Positions 62,245-64,000 of a DNA stretch of 64,000 nt are shown here, in pieces. The notes under the pieces were generated by a model. That model ran no database searches. It saw only the letters and a list, made by a program, of their open reading frames with translations, and was not told where the DNA came from. Made by a program: the position numbers and the translations under genes. How positions within the stretch are numbered: the first letter of the stretch is position 1; each line of letters starts with the position of its first letter. Origin of the DNA: Epithemia pelagica (Eukaryota > Protista > Bacillariophyta); the NCBI GenBank assembly GCA_946965045.2, contig OX337235.1, positions 1,798,001-1,862,000 on the forward strand. Reading direction: 5' to 3'.

Positions 62245-62502
62245 ATGAAAGGACTGGAAATGAAGAAGGCGTCGATTACTGCTCCGCGCCGTATCTCCAA
62301 GAAAATTTCGGATCTCTCGCTTTATCCAAACTCGCTTGGAGATTCCATGACACGAAGCTCTGCTGAATCGACTGCATCCCACTTTTCCGAATTGACAAAA
62401 GAACCTCATTTCACGAAGCATGCCCGCCGTCCAGCTTTGGCTCAAGATAGCTTTGAAGAAATTCTCCCACAGATCATGACGGAGTTAAACGCTGAAGCCT
62501 AA
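62245..62502 (+). CDS. Candidate 85-aa small protein
   Basis: ATG-initiated, protein-like composition, occupies an otherwise empty 870-bp gap; no homology recognised. Confidence 0.35.
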   Translation: MKGLEMKKASITAPRRISKKISDLSLYPNSLGDSMTRSSAESTASHFSELTKEPHFTKHARRPALAQDSFEEILPQIMTELNAEA

Positions 62503-62887
62503 GGGAGGACAGTATGAATCTTGGCATGTTCAGACACACGCTACTTTTGAGATGTTGAAATACATTACCCACTTCGAAGAGAGATTTTGCAAGCGAGTCC
62601 AGTGTGTTGCTTATGTTTAGATGTCGAATAGATTTAAAGAGATAAAGCCTTTCCATAGAAGTTTACTTCGTTCTATATACTGCGACTTTGAATCCCTTGT
62701 TGTCATCGATCACGCCAACGATGTGGTCTGGTGGAAATCAAGACAAGCACCGGTTCAGTTCAACTTTTCCATTCTTGCATACGTTGTCATACGTTGTCAA
62801 TAAAGTCGACTTGTCATGAACGGTCAAATACAGTCGAAATCAATGCTCCTTCGAATTCGAAAGTTTGGCTTCTTCTAACCCCATAAT

Positions 62888-63733
62888 TTACAACGCAACG
62901 ACGAGGGGAGGAATGACACATATACCGACAAGTGTCGTGACTAGCGATCCCACCGCAAGGCCGTATTTTGCATTTTGCATCATCATTCGTCTCCGAATGC
63001 CTTTTGCGCCTCTCCTGAATGAGGTTGCCATTAATGCAAGCTGACTGGTACGTTCTTCCATATCTCGCAGATTGTCCTCTCGCTCCAGGATTGCCGAAAT
63101 GTTGGATTGCATCAAGTCGGACGTTTCTTGGACGCTTTGATTCAAACGTGCTATTCTTCCAAGATATGTCACGTCTTCCATTCTTTGTAAGAGTATGGGT
63201 GCATACTTCTTTTGACAAGCCATGGTTGACCCATATCTCCAATCTTTATCCGACAGGCGAGGCCTCGCGGTCAAAATAATCATCTTTTGAATAAAGCTTT
63301 TAACCTCCGCCTCCATAGTTGTTTGATCTTCCCAAGTGGTGGCTGATGGATTGTACACAGCAGCAAATACCCAAACAACTGGCTCTTTAAATACTTCGTC
63401 TTCAAAGTCCATGTCCCAATCATTGGAGTGGTGCTCGTATACATGAAATTTGACCGCTTTTAGCCTAGGAACCCCATTATCTTTCGTGTATGATGAGGAT
63501 GCCTCTTCCGCCTGCTTTTGCCTTGACCCAAAGATAACAGTACCCCTGGATTTGCACGTGTGGTATTCCCATCCCGGTGTGTTTTTCTTAGCAAGTATGG
63601 CTTTCGCCGCTTGCGTAACAGCGCCATGGAAGTGGTCATCCCCAGCCTCAACAAGGATTGTTTTGTTACGTGATACTGAAGACCATAGAATTTTCTGGTT
63701 CATTGGGTCATTTGTCTCCGGTGTCATTATCAT
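62888..63733 (-). CDS. VAMP7-like R-SNARE (longin-like N-terminus, synaptobrevin coil, C-terminal TM)
   Basis: LNQSVQETSDLMQSNISAILEREDNLRDMEERTSQL (R-layer) followed by the TM YGLAVGSLVTTLVGICVIPPLVVAL. Confidence 0.85.
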   Translation of the reverse strand: MIMTPETNDPMNQKILWSSVSRNKTILVEAGDDHFHGAVTQAAKAILAKKNTPGWEYHTCKSRGTVIFGSRQKQAEEASSSYTKDNGVPRLKAVKFHVYEHHSNDWDMDFEDEVFKEPVVWVFAAVYNPSATTWEDQTTMEAEVKSFIQKMIILTARPRLSDKDWRYGSTMACQKKYAPILLQRMEDVTYLGRIARLNQSVQETSDLMQSNISAILEREDNLRDMEERTSQLALMATSFRRGAKGIRRRMMMQNAKYGLAVGSLVTTLVGICVIPPLVVAL

Positions 63734-64000
63734 CTTATGTGGTTGTTTGTAGTCAAAATTTGTGAGAACAGAAGGGAGAAAAAGGAAAGATGTGGAGAAA
63801 GTAGACTACCAGTCCCGATTTGGGAACTCGGAAGTCGCGCAACGCAGCGCGGCAGAATGGATGGTCCCCACGAGTCCCTCAGTCCCACAACGACCGGACC
63901 CAACAATTCTCATCGCTCTGATCATTCCCGTGTTGAAAAATGGAAGCGAAGATGATAACGCGATGCGCGATAGATAGTTCTCCGGGGGACAAGGTTCGCA

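Overview
Eukaryotic nuclear DNA, very probably from a diatom. This is inferred from short GT-AG introns, bipartite plastid-targeting presequences, diatom-type LRR and sulfotransferase-like proteins, and an Ambal-like retroelement. About 17 host genes are interleaved with five or six mobile elements. (1) A two-ORF non-LTR retrotransposon with a CRE-clade-like RT runs off the left edge; its RT ORF is missing from the supplied ORF track because it has no stop inside the window. (2) An apparently intact Ngaro-type tyrosine-recombinase retrotransposon (25485-31324) has identical split direct repeats A1-ORFs-B1-A2-B2 and sits in the middle of the head-to-head promoter between mitochondrial rpL20 and ClpB/Hsp78. 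(3) A full-length but disabled Ambal-like APE-RT-RNaseH element (40825-49193) has a perfect 17-bp TSD and a T-tail. (4) That element is nested inside a small hAT-like MITE. (5) A 713-bp PIF/Harbinger-type MITE has TTA TSDs. (6) A possible older inverted-repeat relic lies at 60752-61229. Host genes include an LRR membrane protein, a 3399-aa intronless disordered protein, a sulfotransferase-like protein, tandem Gfo/Idh/MocA oxidoreductases (the second has two point lesions and a cryptic CaaX tail), a DUF1995-like protein, a vacuolar sorting receptor, two divergent plastid-targeted amino-acid transporters, V-ATPase subunit c, EAF6 and a VAMP7-like SNARE. All family assignments come from motif recognition by eye; no database search was run.
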